DNA from: Octopus bimaculoides
Lineage: Eukaryota
Assembly: GCF_001194135.2 (NCBI RefSeq)
Contig: NC_068983.1
Span: 3,566,387 to 3,630,386 of the forward strand
DNA length: 64,000 nucleotides
Direction: 5' to 3'
Both the position numbers and the translations under genes were made by a program. Shown here piece after piece: positions 35,782-47,045 of the stretch (positions are counted from its first letter, which is position 1; each line of letters begins with the position of its first letter). A model generated the notes under the pieces. It saw nothing but the letters and a program-made list of their open reading frames with translations, was not told the origin of the DNA and did no database searches.

Positions 35782-37446
35782 AACACACGCACACATGCAT
35801 AGATGTTTTGTGTTAGTTTCCTGTGAGGAGTTTTTTTTGTGTTTTTATTTTTTTTTTGTTGGTATCTGGTGAACGTCGTATTTTTTTTTTTTTACTGATT
35901 CTGGGAGGATTGGGTAACTGAAATAATATCCATATCAAAGATCCCTACCGTGTATGTGTGATATTAGAGGGAACCAATGAGATCTTTTGGCTATCTGATA
36001 TTTTTCTTCTTCACCAAAATTCTTCTGTTCCAGTCCCACACCTTACAGACATTTCTCTGCTGAGTGAACGTAACGATCAACATAGAATGTTTGATGTTTG
36101 TTGTTCTTGGGGAATCACCAGAATTCTAGTAGAGTTCTTCTAGCAAGTCAGGAATCAATACCAATCTTTTATTTTTTCTTTCCTCCCCCCCCCCNNNNNN
36201 NNNNNNNNNNNNNNNNNNNNNNNNNNNNNNNNNNNNNNNNNNNNNNNNNNNNNNNNNNNNNNNNNNNNNNNNNNNNNNNNNNNNNNNNNNNNNNGGCTGG
36301 TTAATTTTTTTTTTGTTTTTTGCTTTGTTTCCGGGTGAAGGTCTTTATATGGTTTCTAGCAGGTCTAACTACCATGTCAAAGGTTCCCCTTGTTGGCACA
36401 GTCACAGAAGGTCACATCAAACAAACTGGTCCTTGCTCAGAGAAAGAATTTATTCTCAATCCAGTTCTTGCAATGAAAGTAAATGGGATGAATCACAAGT
36501 GTCAGATGAAAATCATGTTTGTTTTTGTTTTAGTTGGTTTATCGGGGCAATTTAAAGGGGACAAAATCCCGTTTCTTTACTGTTTTTACCTTCTGGTGAT
36601 GCTGATATGTCTTTCATCTCTGTCCGGCAGAACTGAACAAATACACACACACACACACACACCATCGCATACGTATACAAGTTATATATATCTATCATCA
36701 TCATCATCATTTAACGTCTGTTGTCCAGGCTGGCATGAGATTTTCCCTTTCATTCGCTCTAATTTAGAAACAGTCTCCTCTTTGCATCTGTTCTCTAAGA
36801 TAGCAAGTGCTTGCTTTTCTTCTATAGAATAATTTCCATACGTCACAGCATTAAAAATAAAATCTCATAATTACCGGGCGCCTACAGCTAATTACCGTGA
36901 TTAACATATGTCCTATTTTTATTATCCAAATGTATATCTTAACGAAAGTGAACGTTTGAAGCACGCGTTTGTGCTAATTTTACTTGCTTCTTAATTTCTT
37001 TTGCCTCGTTGTGTCGTTATATGTGCTTTAAGATGCTCCCCCCCCCCTAATTTTCGTACATGTACTATACAGTTACTGATTCCCATCCACACCCGTTTAT
37101 TCCAACCCACCCGCTCATTCCAGCCCCCGCTCCTCAGTAAATAACTGGGTTTAAAAGAAATCAAGGGAGACTACCTAGAAGATTTTAAAATTTTTTGCAG
37201 TTACCCTTATACAATTACCGATTTCCCAGCGCCACTGTTTATTCCAACCCACCCGCTTATATGAATTTAAGCAAATGTCCAACCCACTTGCTTATTCCCC
37301 CTCCTCCTCTCGCTATTATTTGGGACCCAAGAATAGGTATACAAGGTCTTCAGGCAAGCGTAGTTTCACCTGTGCACCCACGGGTGACACCAGACTTCAC
37401 CCAAATATAAGTACTGAATAATCTTTTTCCTGACAGTCAATATTAA

Positions 37447-37477
<31 letters not shown>

Positions 37478-37478
<1 letters not shown>

Positions 37479-38700
37479 CGGGTGTATTAGCAAAATTGTC
37501 CAAATTTTAGATTCAGCTTCGAACTTTTGTATCTCAGGAACACTTAAAGATAACTTAATGGAATTCTCAGAGGTTTTTCCAACACTGTTGGACTTTACGT
37601 TGAGCAAGAAAAAATTATTGTTGTCCAAGTTTACCAGAAGAATCGAGATGAAATTGGTCATGGACAAAAATGACATTTACACACGGAAAACATTAAAAAA
37701 TGTAAGCATCTGTAAATTGTGTTCTGGTACCATGAGAAATGTTTCTATATTGCGACAGTTACAGAATACAGAAAGAAGTGTAAAACTGATAACCAAAATA
37801 TCTCAGTTATGCAAACATAAACAGAATTAACATTTAGCCGTAAAATACATCGTACATATTCAAAGAACCTTCTCAGTTTAGTGGTATGGAACATTCTGGT
37901 ATTCTTTTATTCTTTTACTTGTTTCAGTTATTTGACGGTGGCCATGCTGGAGAACTGTCTTTTAGTCAAAGAAATCGACCCCTGGACTGATTCTCTGTAA
38001 GTCTGGTGCTTGTATTATATCAGTCTCTTCTGCCGAACCGCTAAGTTACAGGGACGCAAAAACACACCAACATCGTTTGTCAAGCGATGGTGGTGGGAGG
38101 TGAAACTCATTGCCTTGGTAGGGTTTTTGCACCTGAAAAGGACATTTTTGACTCTTGCATGAAGGAGTGAATCTAGAACATGGCTGTTGCATCTGTTTGC
38201 CTGTGTATCTTCAGTGAAATTCTTCTCATCTGTATAAAGGATCATTCCAGGATTATGTTTCACTTTGTTCAAGATTATCTTCACCCTTTCCAACCTTCTA
38301 ACTTTTTGTCCTGGAGTAACAAGGTACCTCACAGGTCTCGGTACAATTTCATTTTTGAAGTCTTCTGTCACCGTTTTTGGAACTTTCATAGTCAAAACTC
38401 CTCTCTTATGTATCAGACATCTTACAGATTGAGTTGGATCTCTTCTGATTGATTTCTTCAGCTCCTAATTCAAATGATGATCTCTCTTGCAGTTTATGAC
38501 CTCCCAAACCAGTTTTCCTTTTCAAACTTATTCACAATTCTCTTGATGGTTCCTAAATAGACTTTGAAGATGGAAGCCAGAGAATGAATGGTGGTACCAT
38601 TACCGAAGGCCTAGATGACCTTAGCCCTCTCAACATTGCACATTTGGGAAGATACGGTGAGGCTGGCACAAAACCATTTTAGCCTCTTCTCTTTCTAAAC
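37478..38700 (-). mobile_element. Mariner/maT-like transposon remnant with SINE insertion (about 37905-38100)
   Basis: RRLERVKIILN...ILYTDEKNFT; HTH-like N-terminus with stops; terminus ccgggtgtattagcaaaattgtcca at 37478. Confidence 0.65.
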
Positions 38701-39284
38701 ATCTCAATGACTGTTTCACTGATGTTTGTTGTTTTCTTTTTTTCCTCTTAACTGAATTGACAATATCAGCAAACATTATGTCACCACCACCACCACTACT
38801 TCCACTGCCAGCTTAGCCCTCACTTGCACCAAGCTTTAGTCTTCTTGGCAGCCATTCAGTTATAAAATAACAAGGCAGTGTCACAAAAAGGCACTCCCCA
38901 ACTGGATGGGGTTGGGTTTATTGCATTAACATGTCCAACAGCAACATTGACACTATTAAAACTCTTACAAGTGAGGATGGTGGACTGGGTCATCAGCATG
39001 CTAGAAATAGCAACAACATTCCATCACATTATATTCTACCACCTTAAAAGTGTTGAATGTGCTGTCAACAGTGATAGCAGTTATACAAAAGGACAGGATG
39101 GTCATGGTTAGAAAACCTTTGATCTACTCAACCAGGACTGAAATGAAGCTAAAATCATCCAATGTGATTTATCCCTTTCTCATTTTTATATTCTGCTGAG
39201 CCCTCTTCTTTATAAATACCCCTAATAACTGCAGCCTTTTGGAACTACCCCAACCACTGCAATATTACCAATCTTGAAATCTTC

Positions 39285-39955
39285 ATCATCATCATCGTTT
39301 AACGTCCGCTTTCCATGCTGGCATGGGATGGATGATTTGACTGAGGGCTGGTGAGCCAGAAGGCTGCACCAGGTTCCAATCTGATTTGGCAGGGTTTCTA
39401 CAGCTGGATGCCCTTCCTAACGCCAACCACTCCAAGAGTGTAACGGGTGCTTTTATGTGCCACCGGCACGAGGGCCAGTCAGGCAGTACTGGCAACGGCC
39501 ACGCTCAAGTGGTGTCTTTTATGTGCCACCTGCATAGGAGCCAGTGCAGCGACACTGGCAATGACCTCACTCAAATGTTTTTTCACATGCCAGTAAGCTG
39601 ACGCTGGTAACAATCACGCTCAAATGATGCTTTTTACATGCCATCGGCATGGAAGCCAGTCAGCTGCTCTGGCAGCAATCACACTCAGATGGTGCTCTTA
39701 GCGCTCCACTGGCACGGGTGACAGTCATCTAATTTGCAAATTTGATTTGATTTCGATTTCGATTTCACTTGCCTTAACAGGTCTTCACAAGCAGAGTTTA
39801 GTGTCCAATGAAGGAAATGTACACATAAGTGGGCTGGTTGCATCCCTGGCATAGGCCACAGGTTACGGTCTCACTTGGCTTGCTGGGTCTTCTCACACAC
39901 TGCATATTTTCAAAGGTCTCGGTCACTAGTCATTGCCTCAGTGAGGCCTAATTTC
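39285..39955 (-). mobile_element. RTE 3' end including ORF2 terminus and full 3'UTR
   Basis: Reverse complement links ggcctcactgaggcaatgactagtgaccgagac (RTE end, compare 2480) to the tandem-unit UTR and (GAT)n. Confidence 0.8.
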
Positions 39956-40769
39956 TAAGAAAGTACTGTGACTTAAGGAAATTTGGATTTTCATTTATGT
40001 CATAAGACTTGAATATCAGCCTTGTTGGTTACAATATTATCAGTGGACCAATCACTGACAACAGCAGTAATAAAGGGGAAGTGTGTTTAACTCATCACAG
40101 AACAATTATCTCAAAAGGCTTTGTAAAACATTGATTTCTTTTCAGTTGGAGTAAATTTTTGTTCATCCATGTTCTGTGGGAAGCACACCTCAGTTTTGCT
40201 GTCCCGAGTTGGGGTTTGGTCATAAAATAGGTCAAGGTTGGGGCTGTTGTTTTTGTTATGTTCTTGATTTTAATGTGATCAAGATAAATATGAGACACGT
40301 AAATGGACTTTCAAACAATATGATTCTAAATAGCCAACACCCCAGCAAAAATTAAGCCTAATGTAAAGGTAAATAATAGTAATTAACACAAAGTATTTAA
40401 TTGGTATTTATGCTATCCTACCACTGACCATACTGCTCCCCCCACCCCAAACATAAATATCCTCAATATTTGATTCCAAAGCAATTATCAAGTTAACTAA
40501 TTAATAGTTTTTTTGTTTTTTTTTTTAACTTTCTGTTGCTGTTTCACTCATCCAACTCATTTCCAGTGGAATTGTTTGTGCTGACCAGCATATGGTCCCC
40601 TATCTAATTTACCAAGGTCGTTTAGCTCCTTCTTTTTAATTGTCTTCTTTTACTTCCTCTTTTTCCTCTGCTCTTTTTTCTTTCTCCTCCTTATTCTTAT
40701 TCTTCCTATCCTTCTTCTTGATTCCCCCCTCCCCTACATTATCCCCATCCCCCTTACTCGTCTTATATA

Positions 40770-41006
40770 CTCTTTACTCTTTCACTTGTTTCAGTCATTT
40801 GACTGCGGCCATGCTGGAGCACCGCCTTTAGTCGAGAAAATCGACCCCAGGACTTATTCTTTGTAAACTTTGTACTTATTCTATCAATCACTTTTGCCGA
40901 ACCGCTAAGTTACAGGGACATAAACACACCACCATCGGTTGTCAGCCGATGTTGGGGGGACAAACAGAGAGACACAAACATATACACACACATACTTATA
41001 TATATA

Positions 41007-41056
<50 letters not shown>

Positions 41057-41215
41057 ACAGGCTTCTTTCAGTTTCCGTCTACCAAATACACTCACAAGGC
41101 TTTGGTCGGCCCAAGGCTATAGTAGAAGACACTTGCCCAAGATGCCACGCAATGGGACTGAACCCAGAACCATGTGGCTGGTAAGCAAGCTACTTACCAC
41201 ACAGCCACTCCTGCG
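40770..41215 (-). mobile_element. CORE-like SINE, full length with internal microsatellite
   Basis: Reverse complement head ggcgcaggagtggctgtgtggtaagtagc, cttgggcaagtgtctt, 3' half. Confidence 0.85.
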
Positions 41216-41385
41216 CCTATGGCTAAACCTTTTTACAAAAATCTTTTTGTTCATTTACCTTGCTTTCAGCCCATGTCTATGTCATAAACAATGTAGTTTT
41301 AATCTTTTGACATCTTCTAGCATGTGGAACTACCATATAGTTTTGCCCTTATTATAATTTTTATAAAAGAACTACATATTCTGTT

Positions 41386-41420
<35 letters not shown>

Positions 41421-41874
41421 TCACCATCAAAGAGAGACAGACAACACTAAAGTGACAGGGGATACCCTCTTTCAGTTTAGTGATGTCTATAAATTTGCCT
41501 GTAGGTCATTAGATTGCTAATAAGTCACCCATATTATCTATATATCATCATCATCATTTAACGTTCATTTTCCATGCTGGCATGGATTGGATGGTTTGAC
41601 TGGGGTCTGGCAAGCCAGGGATCTGGCAGTGTTTCTACAGCTGGATGCCCTTCCTAACGCCAACCACTTCGACAGTGTAATGGGTGCTTTCTACGTGCCA
41701 CCAGCACAAGAGCCAGAGGACTGGCATCGACCACAATCACATGGTGCTTTTTACGTGCCACCGGCATGGAAACCAGTCAAAGCGGCACTGGCATCTGCCA
41801 CGTTCGGATGGTGCTTTTTACGTACTACCGGTACAGGGGTCACATCTACAATTTCCATTTGATTTGATTTTGAT

Positions 41875-42480
41875 CTGAAAATCCCAACTTTTCCAGATTG
41901 TCACCTGGGCATTTACTAACAAAACCAAATGCACCAGTTATTGCTGTAGACGAGAATTTAGAATCAAAGTATAGGGTCTGTAAGTTTGGAAACAGTTGTC
42001 CATAAATATGCACCTTGTTAATTTTGGAAGAGATATTCTCATCTGAAAGGCAACTGACCTCTATGACAGCGCATCACTTTTCTCTTCTGTCTCAAATAAC
42101 TATATCAGGTCTGTTATGTTTGCACTTGGTAGAAGTTTGGATGTGGACATTCCATAATTATTCTTTGACATGTATGTATTGCATAGTAGAGATGTTGTTT
42201 ATATTCATCCCGGGGCCAGTCTTGTCTGCAGATGGTATGGCATATTGTTTTGGCAACAATGTCATATAAAAGTGGAAGGTTGTGCCTTGATGACATATTT
42301 GAGCTGCTGCTGATTACTAAGAAATGTCTTCTGCAGAACACTGACATTTTGTTTGCATTTTGGAATTTGAACAGCTTTACTTTTTGTTTGTTTGTTTGGA
42401 ATTTTAAGGCTATCTCCTGCTCTTGGATTGTAAAAGCATATCGTTCTAGTCTGAGAAAGGCCACACTTCATCTCAATATT
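41875..42480 (-). mobile_element. R4-like LINE CCHC/REL endonuclease fragment (missed by the ORF track because of stops)
   Basis: Manual translation: ERYAFTIQEQEIA...; LWNVHIQTSTKCKHNRPDIVI*DRREK*CAVIEVSC...TAITGAFGFV. Confidence 0.8.
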
Positions 42481-42704
42481 GTTGTCCTCATGTAAGTGGT
42501 AGTGGTCAGCTATGGAAAATGCTTAGCGGCTTTTTGTCTGTCTTTTTGTTCTGAGTTTATATTCTTCTAAGGTTGGCTTTGGCTTTCATCCTTTGCAGTT
42601 GATAAAATAAGTACCAGTAATGTATTGGGCATCAGTGTAATTGGCTTCCCCCTCCCCTCAAAAACTGCTGACCCTCTGTCAAAAAAATTTGAAACTAATA
42701 TTGT

Positions 42705-42793
42705 CCATTATTTACCTTATTTACATGTGATGGATATTTGTCCTCATCTTGTTTGTTATTAACACAACGTTTCGGCTGATATACCCCCCAGCC
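42705..42793 (-). mobile_element. 5'-truncated family A copy (stem II, GAAA, stem III, 3' tail; CTGATGA core lost)
   Basis: Reverse complement GGCTG ggggtatat CAGCC GAAA CG TT GTGTT aataacaaacaagatgaggacaaatatcc. Confidence 0.75.
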
Positions 42794-42919
42794 GTCTGAT
42801 AATTACCAGACGATTTCTGTTCAAGTCTAACCATTTTAAGTCATAATGGAAATGCGACCTATGTCGCAAATAGACATACGAGTATTGTATAAATTTTATA
42901 CAATAATCTCTCAACCATC

Positions 42920-43205
42920 ACAGGTGTTACATTCCCAAAACCCCTGCGATAGGTGAAAATCCACAAAGTAGAAACAGTACTGTACTGTATATATTTTTAT
43001 TTTATTTTTATTATTTGTATATATTTATTTTATTGTAAATGCAAAACACCACCACACACTCGCCTCCTGAGTTTCGTTTTCCATTCAGTCTGTGTGATTC
43101 TTTGTTTACTCATCTCTGGTACACTACGTATTTTCTTTTGGTATATTTTAATTAACGTGTTATACAGTGCAGTACTGTACTGTATTTCTCTTTATTCATT
43201 TCTTA
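42920..43205 (+). mobile_element. pogo/Tigger-like non-autonomous remnant
   Basis: gttacattcccaaaacccctgcgataggtgaaaatccacaaagtag resembles Tigger-type subterminal sequence; repeated cagtactgtactgta. Confidence 0.4.
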
Positions 43206-43874
43206 ATGTTTAGGTGTGATAATGCTTATTCTACCACAGAAATAATCAAAATCTAAACAAAATACCTATCGGCCACAGAAACCCTTGACATACTGACAAC
43301 TCCACAAACACAGTCACAGGCAGAATTTCCCACATACGTACTAGATATATATATGTATTTGTGTGTGTGTGTTGGTGTATTTGCGTCCCCCGTAACTTAG
43401 CAACTCAGCAAAAGAGACCGATAGTATAAGTACTAGGCTTACAAAGAATAAGCCCTGGGATCAATTTGTTCAACTAAAGTTAGTGCTGCTCCAGCATAGC
43501 CACAGTCAAATGGCTGAAACAAGTAAAAGAATATATATATCATCATCATCATCATTTAACGTCCGTTTTCCATGCTGGCAAGGGTTGGACGGTTTGACTG
43601 GGGACTGGCAAGCCAGGAGGCCGCACCAGGCTCCAATCTGATCTGGCAGTGTTTCTACAGTCGGATGCCCTTCCTAATGCCAACCACTCCATGAATGTAG
43701 TGGGTGCTTTTACATGCCACTGGCATGGCAGCCAGTCAGGCGGCACTGGCATTGGCCACATTCGGATGGTGCTTTTTATGTGCAACCAGCACAGGAGCCA
43801 GTTGGGGCAGTGGGGTTGACATCGACCATGTTTGGATGGTGCTTTCTACGTGCCATAAATGTATGTAATTGTGT

Positions 43875-43906
<32 letters not shown>

Positions 43907-43950
43907 GTTTGTAAAATGTGATAATTTGTTTTAACCTATTTTATGAATTC

Positions 43951-43973
43951 TTTTTCTTTTCTCTTTTTTGCAG
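43951..43973 (+). promoter_or_regulatory. 3' splice acceptor of an intron in the LicD 5'UTR
   Basis: tttttcttttctcttttttgCAG, 13 nt before an aaaATGG start; ttttaac branch-like motif near 43930. Confidence 0.75.
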
Positions 43974-43986
43974 CAAAGACAAAAAA

Positions 43987-44796
43987 ATGGTGGTACGGTG
44001 CAGGATTTCAAGAAACACAAGTTGTGTGATCGGACTAGGCCTCTCTATTTTCACATTGTTGCTGTGGTCTTCATTTGCTCATTTTCGGCACTCATTGGCT
44101 GAATATAAGCAGAAAATGTCTTTGACAGATCTAAAAGCCCTTAATGAAATGTTACAAGTTTTTACCAAAGCTGCTGATAAAGCTAATCTCACTTATTTTT
44201 TATATGCTGGCAGTCTTCTGGGTTCGTATCGCCACCATGGTATCATTCCTTGGGACGATGATGTCGATATAATGATGAACTCTTCACAGAAAGGAAAAAT
44301 TATCGAGACTTTAAAGAAATTTTCTCCAACTTACGGCTTATACATACATCCAAGAAATCAGTGGAAGTTCTATTATGCTAACACAAACACACTTTTGCAT
44401 AAACCATTCCGATGGCCATATATTGATATATTCTTCTTCCAAGAGGACGACGAATACATCTGGGATGAAATTCCTACTTTTAAATCTTCCTACACTATAA
44501 AGAAATCCAGTATATTCCCTTTGCAACGGCGCCCATTTAATGGTTTCATGTTGTGGTCACCCTGCAATCCTGTAGAAAATCTTTTGTTTTATGACATCGA
44601 GAAATGTGCAGCAAGTTCTTATAATCATGATATCGAAGAATGGAAACCTGTATATACCTGGGCTAAAGTCCAGTGCACACAACTGATGGACACGTTTCCT
44701 TTTGTTTGGCGGATAAAAATCACAAATGGCTGGGAAGAAGTCTTGTGGAATTCGTCTGTAAGACAAAGCACTGTAATTGTACCAGATAGCTGTTAA
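43987..44796 (+). CDS. LicD/fukutin-family nucleotidyltransferase-fold phosphotransferase, 269 aa, type II membrane anchor
   Basis: Intact ORF; YFLYAGSLLGSYRHHGIIPWDDDVDI (GS plus DxD, D92/D94) and WPYIDIFFF LicD motifs; N-terminal hydrophobic segment CVIGLGLSIFTLLLWSSFAHF. The track's extra 23 aa are intronic polypyrimidine sequence. Confidence 0.9.
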   Translation: MVVRCRISRNTSCVIGLGLSIFTLLLWSSFAHFRHSLAEYKQKMSLTDLKALNEMLQVFTKAADKANLTYFLYAGSLLGSYRHHGIIPWDDDVDIMMNSSQKGKIIETLKKFSPTYGLYIHPRNQWKFYYANTNTLLHKPFRWPYIDIFFFQEDDEYIWDEIPTFKSSYTIKKSSIFPLQRRPFNGFMLWSPCNPVENLLFYDIEKCAASSYNHDIEEWKPVYTWAKVQCTQLMDTFPFVWRIKITNGWEEVLWNSSVRQSTVIVPDSC

Positions 44797-44894
44797 TCCT
44801 TTCCAGAAAGCTATGGTACCCTCTTAACACATACATTATGATATACCTGGGGTTTCAAGTACATCATCAAACGTCTGTGTGAGTGTATATATTA

Positions 44895-44900
44895 AATAAA
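44895..44900 (+). terminator. AATAAA polyadenylation signal of the LicD gene, candidate
   Basis: About 100 nt after the stop codon. Confidence 0.55.
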
Positions 44901-45768
44901 AACACTTTGTCTCAGCTCCACGTTAATGTGTCAACGACGTAGAACATCTCCACACCATCAGATTCTGAGAGACAAAGTGAAGTGAATTTTTTAAAAAAAT
45001 TTTACATGTCACCTGGGTAAGAATATATAGGTTTCCATTGGTTAGTTATAATCACGCAGGTGTTTCTGCTGTCATAGCAACATATGTTATTTTTTATATA
45101 TANNNNNNNNNNNNNNNNNNNNNNNNNNNNNNNNNNNNNNNNNNNNNNNNNNNNNNNNNNNNNNNNNNNNNNNNNNNNNNNNNNNNNNNNNNNNNNNNNN
45201 NNNNNNNNNNNNNNNNNNNNNNNNNNNNNNNNNNNNNNNNNNNNNNNNNNNNNNNNNNNNNNNNNNNNNNNNNNNNNNNNNNNNNNNNNNNNNNNNNNNN
45301 NNNNNNNNNNNNNNNNNNNNNNNNNNNNNNNNNNNNNNNNNNNNNNNNNNNNNNNNNNNNNNNNNNNNNNNNNNNNNNNNNNNNNNNNNNNNNNNNNNNN
45401 NNNNNNNNNNNNNNNNNNNNNNNNNNNNNNNNNNNNNNNNNNNNNNNNNNNNNNNNNNNNNNNNNNNNNNNNNNNNNNNNNNNNNNNNNNNNNNNNNNNN
45501 NNNNNNNNNNNNNNNNNNNNNNNNNNNNNNNNNNNNNNNNNNNNNNNNNNNNNNNNNNNNNNNNNNNNNNNNNNNNNNNNNNNNNNNNNNNNNNNNNNNN
45601 NNNNNNNNNNNNNNTATATATATATATATATATATATTTAGATTTAGATTACAGGTAGTGTTAACCTCATGAAGGGATGGTTTCATCCAAGGAAATACTA
45701 GTTCAATACCCAGTATTTTGGGGGAAATTAAATTCCTTAAAATAATAGGTATATATATATAAAAATAT

Positions 45769-46165
45769 ACAGTTCTACATTTAAGAGATGAGGAATTATG
45801 TACATTATTTATATTTGACGGATATTTGTCCTCATCTTGTTTGTTGTGAACACCACGTTTCAGCTAATATACCCTCCAGCCTTCATCAGGTGTCTTGGGG
45901 AAATTTCAAACCTGGGTTCTCATTCCTAAGGTATTTCTTTCTATGTTGTTATTATTATTATTATTATTATCATTATTATTATTATTCAGGTCACTGCTTG
46001 GAATCTTGGGGTTAGTAGCCCATGCTCTTAACCACTACACCAGGTTCGAAATTTCCCCAAAACACCTGATGAAGGCTGGAGGGTATATCAGCTGAAACGT
46101 GTTAACAACGAACAAGATGAGGACAAATATCCATCAAATATAAATAATGTAAATAATGTACATAA
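45769..46165. mobile_element. Family A element with long inverted arm (two opposed hammerheads)
   Basis: Minus strand: partial tRNA head (45987-46040), (AAT)n, HHR 45849-45894 (H17=G), full 3' tail. Plus arm from 46040 with HHR 46061-46103 (3-nt deletion at the cleavage site). Confidence 0.85.
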
Positions 46166-46281
46166 GAACAAACTTTATATTCATATGAAAGAAGTAAAAG
46201 AAAATGAAGATTGGGGAGTTAATAATTGTTTATTATTAACTTCCCAATCGCTTATTTTCTTTTTCTATTATAAAGTTGAAA

Positions 46282-46414
46282 TTTACAGAAAACAAAAGAC
46301 GAAGACAGATACAAGAACAAGAAGCAGGTGGATTAGGTTAATGCTCCGTATTAAACTAATACGACTACTTGTTGTCCCTCCCTACACCTGTCTTCGTCTT
46401 TTGTTTTCTGTAAA
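46282..46414. repeat. 27-bp perfect inverted repeat derived from the family B 3' tail
   Basis: tttacagaaaacaaaagacgaagacag (46282-46308) / ctgtcttcgtcttttgttttctgtaaa (46388-46414). Confidence 0.85.
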
Positions 46415-46615
46415 CATGAGCAATATATTACATACAATATATTAATCCGGTCTGACTAAACTTCCTACTCTATTGGACTCCTACCTTAGTTACTTCCCGA
46501 ACTACCTTTACCCCCCCCCCCCATCCACCTAACCAGCACTCCCCCACATTACCATTGGATCTTTCTGCTCCTTCGAACTCTACTTCCATGGATCTTACTG
46601 GCTGTTTTTATTTAT

Positions 46616-46647
<32 letters not shown>

Positions 46648-46676
46648 TTATAAAACATCTAAGGGTATATTTTTGT

Positions 46677-46759
46677 TCCCCCTGAAGAGATTATGCTCAG
46701 AAATATAAACTTAATATTTAATTAATTTCACTGTGTATAATTGAAACAGTCGTAAGGGA
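46677..46759 (+). ncRNA. Type I hammerhead with long stem II
   Basis: TCCC(C)-CTGAAGA-GATTATGCTCAG...CTGTGTATAATT-GAAA-C agtc G-TA-(A)GGGA; one C-A mismatch next to the core; AATAAA about 15 nt downstream. Confidence 0.65.
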
Positions 46760-46996
46760 TAATGTTGTTGACAATAAACTCTTATTAACTTCACAATGTC
46801 CATTTTCTTATTTTGTATGAATATAAACCACAGGTTTTTATATACATACCTATTATTTTAAGGAAATCAATTCCCTGCAAAATGCCAGGTATTGAACCAG
46901 TATTTCTTTGGATGACATCCCTTTATGACGCTAACATAACCACTAACTGAATTATATATATCATCATCATTGTTCAATGTCCACCTTCCATGGGTG

Positions 46997-47045
<49 letters not shown>

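Noticed and set aside
43918-43986. N-terminal 23 aa of the 292-aa ORF
   Set aside because: GTG start within an intronic polypyrimidine tract; the splice acceptor and Kozak ATG at 43987 fit better
46289-46327. 39-nt micro-exon (AG/GT flanked)
   Set aside because: Mostly the inverted arm of a family B repeat
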